Notes: generated from the sequence alone by a model not told the origin. DNA of 64,000 nucleotides from Promethearchaeati archaeon (GCA_013166775.1 JABLTJ010000013.1:1-64000); one strand, 5' to 3'. Positions 1-10,802 are shown, counted from the stretch's first letter. Numbers and translations: made by a program.

Positions 1-545
1 ATAAAATTTGCTCCTGTATAATCATAATCTTTGATTGTTTCTTTTACTACTTCTTCACTCATCTCCCAATTATTCAGCTCTAGTTTAGTCAAAAGTGCAT
101 AGAAGAACTTCTCTGAATCTGTTGTACTCTTAATAAAATATTTTCTATCATCATAATTGGTTAAATTTGATCTAATTGTACCATTATGGCAAAAAATAAA
201 CTCACGATTGTAATCGTACCAATAAAATGGATGGTTGTTAGTAATATTCACTTGAATTCCAGGAGAAGCTCTTCGAGCATGAGCTAATAAGAAATCAGTT
301 TCTAGTTTTACCCATTCAGGTGCTGGGTTTCTCTCATATATTGGTTCAATATATCTAGCTATTGCAAAATGACCTTTGCTAAGCATGGAGACTCCATAGC
401 CATCTCTATGGTCATGAATACTCGAAATGTTCCTCTCATGAATATCCTTCTTAGCTTGTCCAAAATAATCAGCGCAAGCTTGAATATATTCTTCATAGGT
501 AAGGTCTGAGAGTTTCTCACCTATTTGTAATAAGAGTCTGCACAT
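1..545 (-). CDS. Class II glutamine amidotransferase (YafJ/EgtC-like Ntn hydrolase); 3' end runs off the window
   Basis: Not in the ORF track; translated by hand from ATG at 545: MCRLLLQIG...HRDGYG...LAHARRAS...NNHPF...FCHNGTI...TTDSE. Cys2 nucleophile and the DGxG, HxRxA, NxHPF, HNG and TDSE motifs are typical of GATase II. Confidence 0.85.
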   Translation of the reverse strand, partial: MCRLLLQIGEKLSDLTYEEYIQACADYFGQAKKDIHERNISSIHDHRDGYGVSMLSKGHFAIARYIEPIYERNPAPEWVKLETDFLLAHARRASPGIQVNITNNHPFYWYDYNREFIFCHNGTIRSNLTNYDDRKYFIKSTTDSEKFFYALLTKLELNNWEMSEEVVKETIKDYDYTGANF

Positions 546-594
546 TTTCTTCTCAAAGCTAATTCGGATTACACTTTTTATGTGTTTCCAAAAT

Positions 595-1014
595 TCAAAA
601 TTCATTGGATGGAGTGAAAACAACAATATTAGATATAGTACTTTCTCTTGCAATAAAAAACAAAGTTAATGTATACTCGATACTCAGAGAGAAAGAACCT
701 GTGATAAGAATTTGCTTCATTTCTCCATCTGGGATGGATAAAGGTAATGAAGAATTTACTTTAATAAAAGCAACTTGCGGAGATAAAAAAAATGAGCCAT
801 TAAAAATTAGTTCAGAATTCATGGCTAAAACAGAAATATTTACTAAAAAACTACCAGTTCCAGCATCTGAGATAGTTGTATCGTGAATCAGAACTACAGG
901 ATATGGAGTATTTCTACTGAAATTAACAGACAAAATTATTGATAAAGCTCCGATAATTACAATTATTGATATTGTAAGTGTAATATACTCTTTTTTGCTT
1001 AGTTTTTTCTTCAT
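595..1014 (-). CDS. Hypothetical membrane-anchored protein
   Basis: 139 aa; basic N-terminus, one TM helix, then a small beta-rich domain. Confidence 0.55.
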   Translation of the reverse strand: MKKKLSKKEYITLTISIIVIIGALSIILSVNFSRNTPYPVVLIHDTTISDAGTGSFLVNISVLAMNSELIFNGSFFLSPQVAFIKVNSSLPLSIPDGEMKQILITGSFSLSIEYTLTLFFIARESTISNIVVFTPSNEF

Positions 1015-1110
1015 TTATTCTCAAATTAGATGTAACTCCTTTTTGAATAAGAGTATATAGATTGAGGGATTTCTAGACTCTGTATTTAAAATTAGTACTG
1101 GTCTAAAAAT

Positions 1111-2502
1111 TTATTCCCCTTCAATAACAACTGATACTATCTCTTTTTCTTCTTGAGAAGGAATTTTAGTAAATACAACCATATCTTTCTTTTTCACAAA
1201 CAATAGAGTAACTAAAGCTGAGAAGAATGCGATGATTGTTGTAATTAACAATATCACTTCAATTCCATAGGTTGTCAATCCTGCTATGTTCCAAGAATCA
1301 TATCTAAAATGATCATAAATTACTCCACCAATGATTGGTCCAATTACTGCACCTAAATTGAAGAACATTTGAACATTACCAAATTCTGATCCTCTTTTTT
1401 CAGCTTCAATCAAATCTGCTTGTAAAGCTCTGAAAGCAGGCATGTTCACCTGTTGAACCATCTGTCTACCAACGAATAATCCAATTAAAGCATAAAGTCC
1501 CATTTCGAATCCTAAGAAAAACAATAAAATACCTGAACTCATAGCTGTTATTATCACTAGAACTTTCTTGCTTGTTTTATCAGCAAGATAACCTCCAATT
1601 GGATTAAATACAACTCCAGCTATTCCAGCTATACCAAAAACATAACCTATGTAATTTGGAGATAGTAAATATCGTTCTTCCAAGAATAAAGAAAGAATTG
1701 GAAAAACCATACTAAAACCAAATCCATTTGAAAAACCCATAATAAATAGAGCTCTCAAACTACCAGTTCTTTCCTTCCAAAAGGAAGGTTTGAGGAACTC
1801 AGGAATGCTAGGTCGAATTTTAACTGTTACAATTATCACTTCTTTAATTGCTATGCCAATTTCCTTGATACTCATCTTGGCTTTCTGAGTTTTAGGATCA
1901 ATAACCATGAGATTGAAAACTATAAAAGAAATTGAAGATATTGCTCCCATGAAAAAAAATGCAACTCGAAATGCTGCAACTTCAGTATTAACAATCAATT
2001 CAGACAAAGAAAATAAACCTCCTCCAAGAAATGGTCCAACTGACCACCCCAAACTCATCGAAAGAATAAACCACCCTAAATTTCTTCCTCTTTTATCATT
2101 AGGAGATATATCAACAACAGCAGATTCAGCTATTGGCCATACCAAAGCAGATGCTATTCCTTGGAAGAATCGAACAAGGAAGAGAGACCAGAAAGCTTGT
2201 GCTAATCCAAAACCAAATGTAAGAATAACATACATAGCCATACCAACAACCATGAGAGGTTTTCTTCCAGCTTTGTCACTTATCTTTCCATAGAATGGTG
2301 CTAAAAATGCTCTAGAAATCATCATAGCAGAAGTTAATAAGCCTATTTGCGTCACAATATTTACCTTAACGAATCCCCAGTCCCACACATGGAAGAAGTT
2401 ATTTGCATAGATAGCCATAAAAGGGAGAATTGCACCAAATCCTAGGTTAACAATAAAACTGGAAAGCATTAATCCGAATAAGGTTTGAGTCTCTCTTCTC
2501 AT
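1111..2502 (-). CDS. MFS transporter (DHA1-like)
   Basis: About 12 TM helices; motif A GKISDKAGRK and the second-half GYLADKTSKK. Confidence 0.9.
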   Translation of the reverse strand: MRRETQTLFGLMLSSFIVNLGFGAILPFMAIYANNFFHVWDWGFVKVNIVTQIGLLTSAMMISRAFLAPFYGKISDKAGRKPLMVVGMAMYVILTFGFGLAQAFWSLFLVRFFQGIASALVWPIAESAVVDISPNDKRGRNLGWFILSMSLGWSVGPFLGGGLFSLSELIVNTEVAAFRVAFFFMGAISSISFIVFNLMVIDPKTQKAKMSIKEIGIAIKEVIIVTVKIRPSIPEFLKPSFWKERTGSLRALFIMGFSNGFGFSMVFPILSLFLEERYLLSPNYIGYVFGIAGIAGVVFNPIGGYLADKTSKKVLVIITAMSSGILLFFLGFEMGLYALIGLFVGRQMVQQVNMPAFRALQADLIEAEKRGSEFGNVQMFFNLGAVIGPIIGGVIYDHFRYDSWNIAGLTTYGIEVILLITTIIAFFSALVTLLFVKKKDMVVFTKIPSQEEKEIVSVVIEGE

Positions 2503-2604
2503 CGGACTTTCGTTTAAAAAATTATTTAAAAAGATTCTCTTGCATTTAGAATACTAATTCTTTCTAATCCTAACATTTTTTTAGTATAAGGAAAGTATGC
2601 TCTT

Positions 2605-3900
2605 ATGCCCGAAGAATCCTACATTCATGCATCAAAGGTTATTCCCTCTGAAAAAATAGTGCATCTTAGAGGGTGGATTTACAGAATTCGTAAGATGAAG
2701 GATAAAATATTTGTTGTCTTACGCGATGCTTCTGGTATTGTCCAATGTATTGGCTCAGAAGATCAACTTAAACCTGAAGCTTGGAATGCTTTAAACGAAG
2801 CAACAATAGAAAATGCTATTCATGTTGAAGGAAATCCAGTAGAGGATAACAGGGCGGTAAATAATGTTGAGATTCGTTTAACAGATTTCAAATTAATACA
2901 CAAAGGAGAAATCTTTCCGGTTGCTAAAGATCAAAGTAAAGAATTCATACTTAACAATACTCACTTATTCCTAAGAAGTTACAAATCAACAAATGTTTGG
3001 AAAGTTAAAGCAAATGTACTCAGAGCAGCTCGAGAGTGGTTTTTTGAAAATGATTTCTATGAAACAACTCCTCCCATTTTAACAGGGGCTGCTTGTGAAG
3101 GTGGTTCTACTTTATTCTCTATAAAGTACTTCGGAGAAACAGCTTATCTAAGTCAAAGTATACAACTTTATTTAGAAGCACTAATCTACAGTCTGGAAAA
3201 AGTCTATGCTATAACTCCTAGCTTCAGAGCAGAGAAAATGAGAACTAAAAGACATATCAACGAGTTCTGGCATATTGAAGGAGAAGAAGCTTGGATTGAT
3301 TTTGAAGGAAATATGAAAATTCAAGAGGAACTTGTCGCATACATTGTCCAATATGTTCTTGAACATAACAAAACTGAACTCAAAGAACTTGGTAGAGATG
3401 TTTCCACTCTTGAAACAATAAAAGCTCCTTTCAAAAAGATAAATTACAAAGAAGCAGTTGATACATTAAATGAAAATGGTTTCAATTTGAAATGGGACGA
3501 AGATATCAAAACAGAAGAAGAGAGAGCTCTTTCAAATATCATAGGAGAACCTTTCTTTGTCAGAGATTATCCTTCAAGCCACAAACCTTTCTACGTCAAA
3601 CTTCATGAAGACGATCCTAAATGGTGCTTTTCTGCAGATTTAATGGCACCAGAAGGTTTCGGAGAGATTATTACTGGTGGACAAAGAGAAGATGTTCTAG
3701 ATACACTGATTAGACGTATCCAAGAAGAAGGTTGGAAAGTTGAAGATTATTCATGGTATATTGATCTTAGAAAATATGGTTCAGTTCCACACTCTGGGTT
3801 TGGTCTAGGAGCAGAGAGACTCACATGGTGGTTATGCGGACTTGATGCAATTCAAGAGACATTACCATTTCCAAGAACAAGAAATAGGATTTATCCCTAA
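2605..3900 (+). CDS. asnS: Asparagine--tRNA ligase
   Basis: OB-fold N-terminus (RGW..R, F.VLRD), YLSQSxQLYLE, motif 2 FRAE...RHINEFW, motif 3 GSVPHSGFGLGAER, PFPR. Confidence 0.93.
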   Translation: MPEESYIHASKVIPSEKIVHLRGWIYRIRKMKDKIFVVLRDASGIVQCIGSEDQLKPEAWNALNEATIENAIHVEGNPVEDNRAVNNVEIRLTDFKLIHKGEIFPVAKDQSKEFILNNTHLFLRSYKSTNVWKVKANVLRAAREWFFENDFYETTPPILTGAACEGGSTLFSIKYFGETAYLSQSIQLYLEALIYSLEKVYAITPSFRAEKMRTKRHINEFWHIEGEEAWIDFEGNMKIQEELVAYIVQYVLEHNKTELKELGRDVSTLETIKAPFKKINYKEAVDTLNENGFNLKWDEDIKTEEERALSNIIGEPFFVRDYPSSHKPFYVKLHEDDPKWCFSADLMAPEGFGEIITGGQREDVLDTLIRRIQEEGWKVEDYSWYIDLRKYGSVPHSGFGLGAERLTWWLCGLDAIQETLPFPRTRNRIYP

Positions 3901-3978
3901 ATTTTTTCAATATCTTTTTTCACAACTTAATTTGATTAGATATTTAAGTATCCATATCCAGATTTCTTCAGAAGGAAG

Positions 3979-4476
3979 ATGGCATTTGGATTTGAAATAA
4001 TCAAAGATGGAATTTTTAAAAGAACCTACACAGTTTATGATTTAGCTCAAGATATAGAAGTATTTCAAGCTGAAGTAATTGGAATGTTTAGACCTGAGAT
4101 AATTATTAGTGAAATTAATGGTTATGAGGGATTGAGATGTATAAAAGCTAAAGGATGGAATGAGAGATGGTCTGTAGAAAAGAATGGAATCTCTCTTTTT
4201 GAATTCTATTCTAGTGGAGGAATTTGTAGTGGAGAGTATATTATTAAATTGGGCTCAAAGATTTACAGAGCTCCTAGATCTATGAGTTCATTTTACGAAT
4301 TCCATGATGATATTGGTAAAATCGTTTTTTCATTTAACAGAAGAACTTTCAGCGGAAACTGCATTGTAGAGGTTAGAGAGGATTTTGAACCGATGGTTGC
4401 TATAAGTACTGCATTTATTCTAAACTTCATTTTTGAACAACAAGTAACTGCAGCAGGTGTAGTAGCAGCAACTTAA
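3979..4476 (+). CDS. LURP-one/Tubby-C/scramblase-like protein
   Basis: Beta-strand repeats followed by a C-terminal hydrophobic helix (EPMVAISTAFIL); resembles 6396..6896. Confidence 0.55.
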   Translation: MAFGFEIIKDGIFKRTYTVYDLAQDIEVFQAEVIGMFRPEIIISEINGYEGLRCIKAKGWNERWSVEKNGISLFEFYSSGGICSGEYIIKLGSKIYRAPRSMSSFYEFHDDIGKIVFSFNRRTFSGNCIVEVREDFEPMVAISTAFILNFIFEQQVTAAGVVAAT

Positions 4477-4668
4477 ACAAAAACCAAAATCCTGAAATTT
4501 AGTTTTTCACTTTTTACTAGCGAAAATAGTAGTAATAATATTAAATAATAATCCAGAAAAGACAAACTTATTCAACCTAGATTTAGAATAAACTATTTCA
4601 TACGTCTAGTGAAAAGAATATTATTAAAAATACTTAAACTTTGGTTAAAAAAATAAGAAGAAGAAAAA

Positions 4669-5502
4669 TTATTGTTTTTCGTGTGCTTTATCAAAGAAAT
4701 GAGCTTTATGCAAGATTTTTCCTTCTTTATTGTGAGGTGTTCTTACAAGATGATTTACAGCTTTCTCCAATTCTCTAACTTCATCTGCAAGAAAACTTGC
4801 TTGTCTAACCATCTCATGGGCTGCTGCTACTTTAATAAGCTGTCTATCTTTATCTTTCTCTACGAAGCACCCATTCACATTAAGCTTTCCTGCTTCATTA
4901 AGAATGTTTAAAGCTGCCATAGCTTTAGGTCTTGAATATTCGTTAGTAAATGGATAGCTGGTAACTATTCCAATAGAAGAAAGATAATTGTTTGGTAATT
5001 CAGGCTTGGATCCTGTTTTGAGTTGACCAATAACATCATCAAATAGTTTGGTAATATAAGCGAAAACTCCTGTTGCACTGAAAGCAGTAATTATGTAACC
5101 ATTGAATAGACACATCTCTGTGGGATCGAGGAAGTCTAGTTTTGCTCCAATCATTGGATCAAAAGGTGCAATTATATAGCCTACACCTTCTTCCTTCCAC
5201 TTTGCACGCATCTCTTTATCTGCTGCATCAGAAACTACAATTACTGGATATTTTTCCTTGTATTTGTCAATTACAGATTGTGGACCTTTATCATTAGCAT
5301 TTGGTGAAATCATAACTAGTAAATCAGTTTCAACCTGATCAATGAGTGGGAACAGTCTTTCAGCTGCTTCGGGTTTCATTTTTGTTGAAGAGCTGATAAC
5401 AGTTGCATCGATGTCTGTTCTACTCGCTCTTTCATCTAACATTATGTCTACAAGTGTTGTTAACGTAATATTACCGATTTTTACAAATGTAATCTTAACC
5501 AT
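4669..5502 (-). CDS. mtd: F420-dependent methylenetetrahydromethanopterin dehydrogenase
   Basis: N-terminal MVKI..VKxGNI...D..LDERAxR, KMxP, ISPN...GP, DPMIGAK..FLDPTEM.LFN, AAAHEM, RTPH; start placed at MVKI (5502). Confidence 0.92.
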   Translation of the reverse strand: MVKITFVKIGNITLTTLVDIMLDERASRTDIDATVISSSTKMKPEAAERLFPLIDQVETDLLVMISPNANDKGPQSVIDKYKEKYPVIVVSDAADKEMRAKWKEEGVGYIIAPFDPMIGAKLDFLDPTEMCLFNGYIITAFSATGVFAYITKLFDDVIGQLKTGSKPELPNNYLSSIGIVTSYPFTNEYSRPKAMAALNILNEAGKLNVNGCFVEKDKDRQLIKVAAAHEMVRQASFLADEVRELEKAVNHLVRTPHNKEGKILHKAHFFDKAHEKQ

Positions 5503-5584
5503 ATTAATCAAACTGATTTATTTTCTCCCCTTTATTAATTTCATTGTATAAACAGAAAATAAAGTTTTGCTCTTTCGAATTTAA

Positions 5585-6349
5585 ATGAATAGTAATATTT
5601 TAGAATACAAGTATACAATACAATACAGAATGAAGAGAGATTTATTGCTTATTGGGACAATTTCCGTAATAATAATTGCATTCACTCTTTCTTTACTTAA
5701 TATCTATGTTTTCCCAAATATTTTCTATCAAACTGATATATATAGGAACACAAGTAGTCAGAATCAGCTAGAAATGTTATATGTTGCAGAGAACCTAGAT
5801 CTCAATGCAACTCTCTTTGAAATCTTTAATCAAACAATTTTCATAGGAGAATTTCCACAACGCAAGATTGTTAACATTACTGTAATGATAGAGAATATGG
5901 CAGCAAAAATCTCCGCAGCTTTTGATTCAGATGGTACTCTTTCCCCTAGAAGAATGAGGTTGGAATATAATGGTACAATTGTGGGTGCATTCAATGAATC
6001 AACTAAATATGAAGATTGGATCGAAAACGTTTTCGATGATGGAAATCTAGGCACCTACTTTGCTTTCCATAACTCCTCTGACGAATATGAAGTTTTTACA
6101 GCCTTTTCATCAATGGGAGTTCCTAACTATAATCTAAGTAGTGTGATCGGAAATTTAACTGAAATTTTCGAAAATCCAAATAGGAGACCAGATTTCGTTA
6201 TCTATCAGACTGTATATTATTTTGAAAGCAGAGGATTCTTGAATGAATATTCAATAGAATTTGAAAGAATAATTTTCATTAACAGTTTTGGAGATATTAA
6301 ACTATTTTTATCAAATGAAGGTCAATGGGAAGAACCTCTTCTCTTCTAA
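5585..6349 (+). CDS. Hypothetical membrane-anchored extracellular protein
   Basis: N-terminal TM helix, acidic domain with many N-x-S/T sequons. Confidence 0.6.
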   Translation: MNSNILEYKYTIQYRMKRDLLLIGTISVIIIAFTLSLLNIYVFPNIFYQTDIYRNTSSQNQLEMLYVAENLDLNATLFEIFNQTIFIGEFPQRKIVNITVMIENMAAKISAAFDSDGTLSPRRMRLEYNGTIVGAFNESTKYEDWIENVFDDGNLGTYFAFHNSSDEYEVFTAFSSMGVPNYNLSSVIGNLTEIFENPNRRPDFVIYQTVYYFESRGFLNEYSIEFERIIFINSFGDIKLFLSNEGQWEEPLLF

Positions 6350-6395
6350 TTTCCTTTTTCATAATCTTTAAATCTTCTAAAACGCTTTTTATGAC

Positions 6396-6896
6396 ATGGC
6401 AGCACAGCAACCATATGGTTTTCAAGTAAAACAAAGAATCCTTGCATTTAGAGCTACTTACGATATTATTGATGAAGCTACAGGACAACAAGTTTTTGTA
6501 GCAAAACGAAAAATCATGACTCTTACTCCAACTCTATGGATAGAAAATATGCAAGGTCAAGAAGTAGCTAGAGTAAAAGGAAATTTTCTGATTGGAACAA
6601 ATTGGAAAATTTCTCAAGGAGCTAATCTAGTTGGTTCAATAAAATTCCCACTAATAAGGTTATGTGGAATTAAATTTGACGTAGAATTAGCAGGAAACAA
6701 TTATACAGCTTCAGATATTCTTGGATGGTCTTTTACAGCTAGAGATTACAGTGGGAATGTAGGTTTTATGTTAGATAAAAAAGTTTTCAGAATCAAAGAT
6801 ACCTACAAAGTCGAAGTTTATCCTCCCCTTGAGCCTGTTTTAGCACTTGCAGCAGCATTAGCAATTGATTCTAAATTCTATCAAGGTAATAGATAG
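6396..6896 (+). CDS. LURP-one-related (Tubby C-terminal-like) protein
   Basis: F.VKQR...YDI.D...V....K, DTY.VEV...LALAAALAID C-terminal helix. Confidence 0.75.
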   Translation: MAAQQPYGFQVKQRILAFRATYDIIDEATGQQVFVAKRKIMTLTPTLWIENMQGQEVARVKGNFLIGTNWKISQGANLVGSIKFPLIRLCGIKFDVELAGNNYTASDILGWSFTARDYSGNVGFMLDKKVFRIKDTYKVEVYPPLEPVLALAAALAIDSKFYQGNR

Positions 6897-6963
6897 AATT
6901 TATTCTTTTTCTTTTCTTTTTTTGTTGAAAGGCTTTTAAAGAACAAGTTAACTCATCTATTTA

Positions 6964-7836
6964 ATGAGGTCTGAAATTAGGAAATTAATGGACAAACTTT
7001 CTGTTTCCAAATTTGAAAAGAAAGCTAAAGAACTCAGGTTAAGCATGTCTGATGGAGCATCATTACGAGTATTAAGGAGTACTCCACCAAAGGATAAATT
7101 TAATGGATATTCTATAGTTTTAATGGTTGGTTGGGGAACAATTGTTCCATCATGGGACTCACTCTTGATGGAAGCCATCAAGGACTTTGATTTGATATAT
7201 TTTGAATCAAGAGAAAAAGCTTCTAGTAATTTACCAAAGTCTTCAGAAGCTGGTATGGAGAGAATGGCTAAGGATATTCAGGAAATTGTAGAACAATTAG
7301 AACTAGATGAAAAGAAACTCATTCTTTTTGGTTCATGTTTTGGTGCTACTACTATCTGTTATGGAATGTTTAAAAACATGTATAATCCCTTTATGCCTGT
7401 TCTGATTGCACCTCCAGCTCGCTTTGAAGTTCCTCCAGTTTTGAGGCAACTAATCCCTTTTTCACCAACCTTTCTTTGGAAACCTTTCCAACCGATTGTA
7501 AGATGGTGGATTATTAGATTCAAAACTGAAGATGAAGTTCAAGCAGCGAAATATCTCCGTACTTTAGAAGAAGCAGATGCTAAAAAATGGAAGAGATTAG
7601 GTTTAAGATTAGCTTATAAAAGATATTGGAAAATCTTCCCCGAAATTAAGAATCATTCCCTTCTTATAGCTGCTGAAGCGGATAAGATGCATGATGCTAA
7701 AGTTACTAGAAAAATCAATGTTCTGATGGAAAACTCTATTTATGTTAATATGGGATCAAATAAAGACACTCATGCACCAGATATGGTTGACAAAATTAGA
7801 GAATATATTCCAATTTTCAAGGGAAAGAATTATTGA
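6964..7836 (+). CDS. Alpha/beta hydrolase fold protein
   Basis: Oxyanion-region VGWG, nucleophile elbow GSCFG, late Asp/His (ADKMH, DTH). Confidence 0.75.
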   Translation: MRSEIRKLMDKLSVSKFEKKAKELRLSMSDGASLRVLRSTPPKDKFNGYSIVLMVGWGTIVPSWDSLLMEAIKDFDLIYFESREKASSNLPKSSEAGMERMAKDIQEIVEQLELDEKKLILFGSCFGATTICYGMFKNMYNPFMPVLIAPPARFEVPPVLRQLIPFSPTFLWKPFQPIVRWWIIRFKTEDEVQAAKYLRTLEEADAKKWKRLGLRLAYKRYWKIFPEIKNHSLLIAAEADKMHDAKVTRKINVLMENSIYVNMGSNKDTHAPDMVDKIREYIPIFKGKNY

Positions 7837-7875
7837 AGCATTAACATTTAAAAGTCTCCTATTTTACTTTTTCTT

Positions 7876-8925
7876 GTGAAAATTAAGGCATTAGGTTTAG
7901 AAGAGATAAGATCTGTTGATTGGAATGTTGAAAAGGAATGTATTCAACTAATCGATCAACGTTTAATTCCGTTTGACTTCAAAATAAACGATTATAATAC
8001 TACTATAGATGTATGCAAAGCTATCCAAACAATGGTTGTGAGAGGAGCTCCTGCAATTGGTGCTACAGCGGCTTATGGAATTGTTGTTGCTTTAAAAGAA
8101 GTTGAAAACTATGAGGTTTCTGATAAAAAATCCAAACTAGATGAGAAATTAAAACAATTATTGGCTACCAGACCTACAGCTGTTGATTTAGTTAATTTTG
8201 CTTTAGAAACCTATCAAACAGCAATTAAAACAAATTTCTCGATAGAAGAAACTCTACTCAAAGCAGAATTATTAGCTAATGAGATGGTTAAAGATTGTAC
8301 TCAAATTGGAATCTATGGGGAGGAACTAATTAATGATGGAGATACAGTTCTTACACATTGCAATGCTGGACCAATGGCAACTATTGATAAAGGAACAGCT
8401 CTTGCACCTATTTTTAGAGCGAATGAAAAAGGAAAAAATGTTAAAGTATTAGTTGATGAAACAAGACCAAGGTTGCAAGGAGCTAAGATTACTGCATGGG
8501 AACTTGAACAAGAAGGAATTGACCACTACATTATATCTGATTCGGCAGCATCTTTTCTAATGTCCAAAAGGCAAGTGGATAAGGTTATTTTAGGTGCAGA
8601 TAGATGTTTAAAAGATGGAACAGTTTCTAACAAGATTGGTACTCTTTCTCTAGCAGTCAATGCCAAATATTTTGGGATACCATTCTATTCAGCTTTTCCC
8701 TGGACAACTTTGGATAAAGAATCAAAATCAATGGAAGAATTCGAAATAGAGTACAGAAACGAGGATGAAATAAAATATATCACAAGTGCTAAAGAGAAAA
8801 TTCTAGTAGCAAATCTAAATTCCAAAGCCCTTAATCCTGCATTTGATATCACTCCAGCAGAGCTAATAACAGGTTATATTACTCCAGATGGAATCTTAAG
8901 TAAAGAAGATTTAATGAAAAAATAA
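7876..8925 (+). CDS. mtnA: S-methyl-5-thioribose-1-phosphate isomerase (eIF2B-alpha-like family)
   Basis: LIDQRLIP, MVVRGAPAIG, TRPTAV, LTHCNAG, DETRPRLQGA, GADR, NKIGT, NPAFDITP. Confidence 0.9.
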   Translation: MKIKALGLEEIRSVDWNVEKECIQLIDQRLIPFDFKINDYNTTIDVCKAIQTMVVRGAPAIGATAAYGIVVALKEVENYEVSDKKSKLDEKLKQLLATRPTAVDLVNFALETYQTAIKTNFSIEETLLKAELLANEMVKDCTQIGIYGEELINDGDTVLTHCNAGPMATIDKGTALAPIFRANEKGKNVKVLVDETRPRLQGAKITAWELEQEGIDHYIISDSAASFLMSKRQVDKVILGADRCLKDGTVSNKIGTLSLAVNAKYFGIPFYSAFPWTTLDKESKSMEEFEIEYRNEDEIKYITSAKEKILVANLNSKALNPAFDITPAELITGYITPDGILSKEDLMKK

Positions 8926-8948
8926 AAAAATGAAAGATAAATCTTCAT

Positions 8949-10802
8949 TTATCTTCGTTTTCTAATTGTATAAGTTAATGCTAAAAGACTAATAATTCCA
9001 ATAGCCACATAAAGAACTTGAGGAGCATCTAAAGTAATTGTATTACTAGGTTCTGTAGGTTCATTTGGATCTGCAGGATTGACTTCTGCTTCTTCTACGA
9101 TTACAGTGACATCAACTACTGCTATGTTTCCATATGAATCATATGCATAAATTTCAAAGAAATAAGCTCCTATATCTAATGAAGAGAGATTATAACTAAC
9201 TTCTTTAGTTTCATTAAGGAAATATTCTTCATCTATAATGGTACCATTTAGATAAATCTCATAAAAACTAAGATTTTCATCAGATAAAAACCAATTGAGT
9301 TCTGCAGAATCTCCTTTTTTAATATGGATTGTTCCAATTAAACCATCTATTTCAGGAGCTACTGAATCTAAGGATCCATTTTCATATACATGAACAATTA
9401 TCTCAAGATAAGTTGTATGTCCTGACATATCATTTGCGAATATTGATAATATATAATCTCCAGGAGCTGTGATATTACCATCAAATGTATAATAGATATA
9501 CATATGGTCATAATTAAATCCATAATCTACAATCATTCCATCGAATTTCATCTCGAAGTAATTGGGATCATTGTCAAGAAGCTTCCAAACATTAGTTACT
9601 ACTGTTCCAATTTCATAATTGTATATTCCTGTTAATTCTACAATTACAGGCCATTCATGTCTTATATCGTTTAAAAACATATACCATGTAGAGTTATGAT
9701 TGTAATTATTGTCATCATAAAGTACAAACTTCAGCTCATGTCCTTGATCATTCATCATAATACTCTTTATATCTAAATCATAAGAGTAATACCCATTAGT
9801 AAGACCAGAAAATCCATCAATGAAAACTTCGTTCAAGTAGATCTCTAATGTCATCGAAGATGAAGAATCTTCCAAATCAAAATAGATTGAAAGAAAATCA
9901 CTTGGAATAATATCATAATTAAATCCATAGTCAATATCCAAACAGGGAATATCAGCATCTAAAACTGGTGTATAAGCAGCAGTGGATTCAAATAGTGTCC
10001 AATTCTCTGTCATTACATAGTAATCAGTAAAGTAATACTCAACATTCATACCTAAATCTGTGCTGTAATCAAAGAAATATGAGTTGAAGAAATCGTAATA
10101 TAAGAAATAGTATTCAAGCAAAAATCCTGTAGTGGCATCTACATAATAAACAATTTCATACCCATAATCATTATTTTCCAAATATGAAATGTTATAGTAA
10201 TCATATGGAGTTTGGAGATTAGAATCTTGGTAATAAGTATATACATCTATAGAATGAAGTGAGGAGATACCATTTACTGTATAAAATTTAGAAGTTGAAT
10301 GACTATATGAAGTAAAATCGAAGTAGGTTGAGAAGTCAAAATTCAAAATACCATCATAAACATCTGCATATGATAGATAACTGTCAGAACCTGTAGATAG
10401 TTGATTAAATGTAGAAGTAGTGTCAACTTCCCAATAGCTTCCTGGGTAGTTATAGGTATAGTTTCTGTGTATGTCATTCCTATAGTTGTCATAATAAGAC
10501 CAAGTGTATCTTCCATCAACATAAGTACTACTAGGAAGAGTTGTTCGAAAACTATGATATTCAGTAGCATTCAGTTCATAATGATCAAAAGTTTTGTAAG
10601 ATACATAATCTGGGAAAACTTCTGTTTCATACCAATATGATTCATCTATATCCCAATAAACAGTAAAATCAGATTTGTATAATAGCTGATCATCAACAAT
10701 TAGACCTTGATAAGCATTAACTGATGTAGTGATTGTAAAAACACCGACAAATATAGATAATGTTATTATTATGCATAATATGTAACCAAAACCCCTTTTC
10801 AA
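8949..10802 (-). CDS. Tyr/Asp-rich cell-surface protein with C-terminal Ig-like repeats and TM anchor
   Basis: Signal peptide; repeated W...D.N..Y.I...G.Y......D..G modules; P/T linker; TM plus RKRR. Confidence 0.7.
   Translation of the reverse strand: MKRGFGYILCIIITLSIFVGVFTITTSVNAYQGLIVDDQLLYKSDFTVYWDIDESYWYETEVFPDYVSYKTFDHYELNATEYHSFRTTLPSSTYVDGRYTWSYYDNYRNDIHRNYTYNYPGSYWEVDTTSTFNQLSTGSDSYLSYADVYDGILNFDFSTYFDFTSYSHSTSKFYTVNGISSLHSIDVYTYYQDSNLQTPYDYYNISYLENNDYGYEIVYYVDATTGFLLEYYFLYYDFFNSYFFDYSTDLGMNVEYYFTDYYVMTENWTLFESTAAYTPVLDADIPCLDIDYGFNYDIIPSDFLSIYFDLEDSSSSMTLEIYLNEVFIDGFSGLTNGYYSYDLDIKSIMMNDQGHELKFVLYDDNNYNHNSTWYMFLNDIRHEWPVIVELTGIYNYEIGTVVTNVWKLLDNDPNYFEMKFDGMIVDYGFNYDHMYIYYTFDGNITAPGDYILSIFANDMSGHTTYLEIIVHVYENGSLDSVAPEIDGLIGTIHIKKGDSAELNWFLSDENLSFYEIYLNGTIIDEEYFLNETKEVSYNLSSLDIGAYFFEIYAYDSYGNIAVVDVTVIVEEAEVNPADPNEPTEPSNTITLDAPQVLYVAIGIISLLALTYTIRKRR

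Noticed and set aside
4477-4668. Possible small ORF or ncRNA between convergent genes
   Set aside because: AT-rich, with no convincing start/SD or stable structure; consistent with a terminator region.
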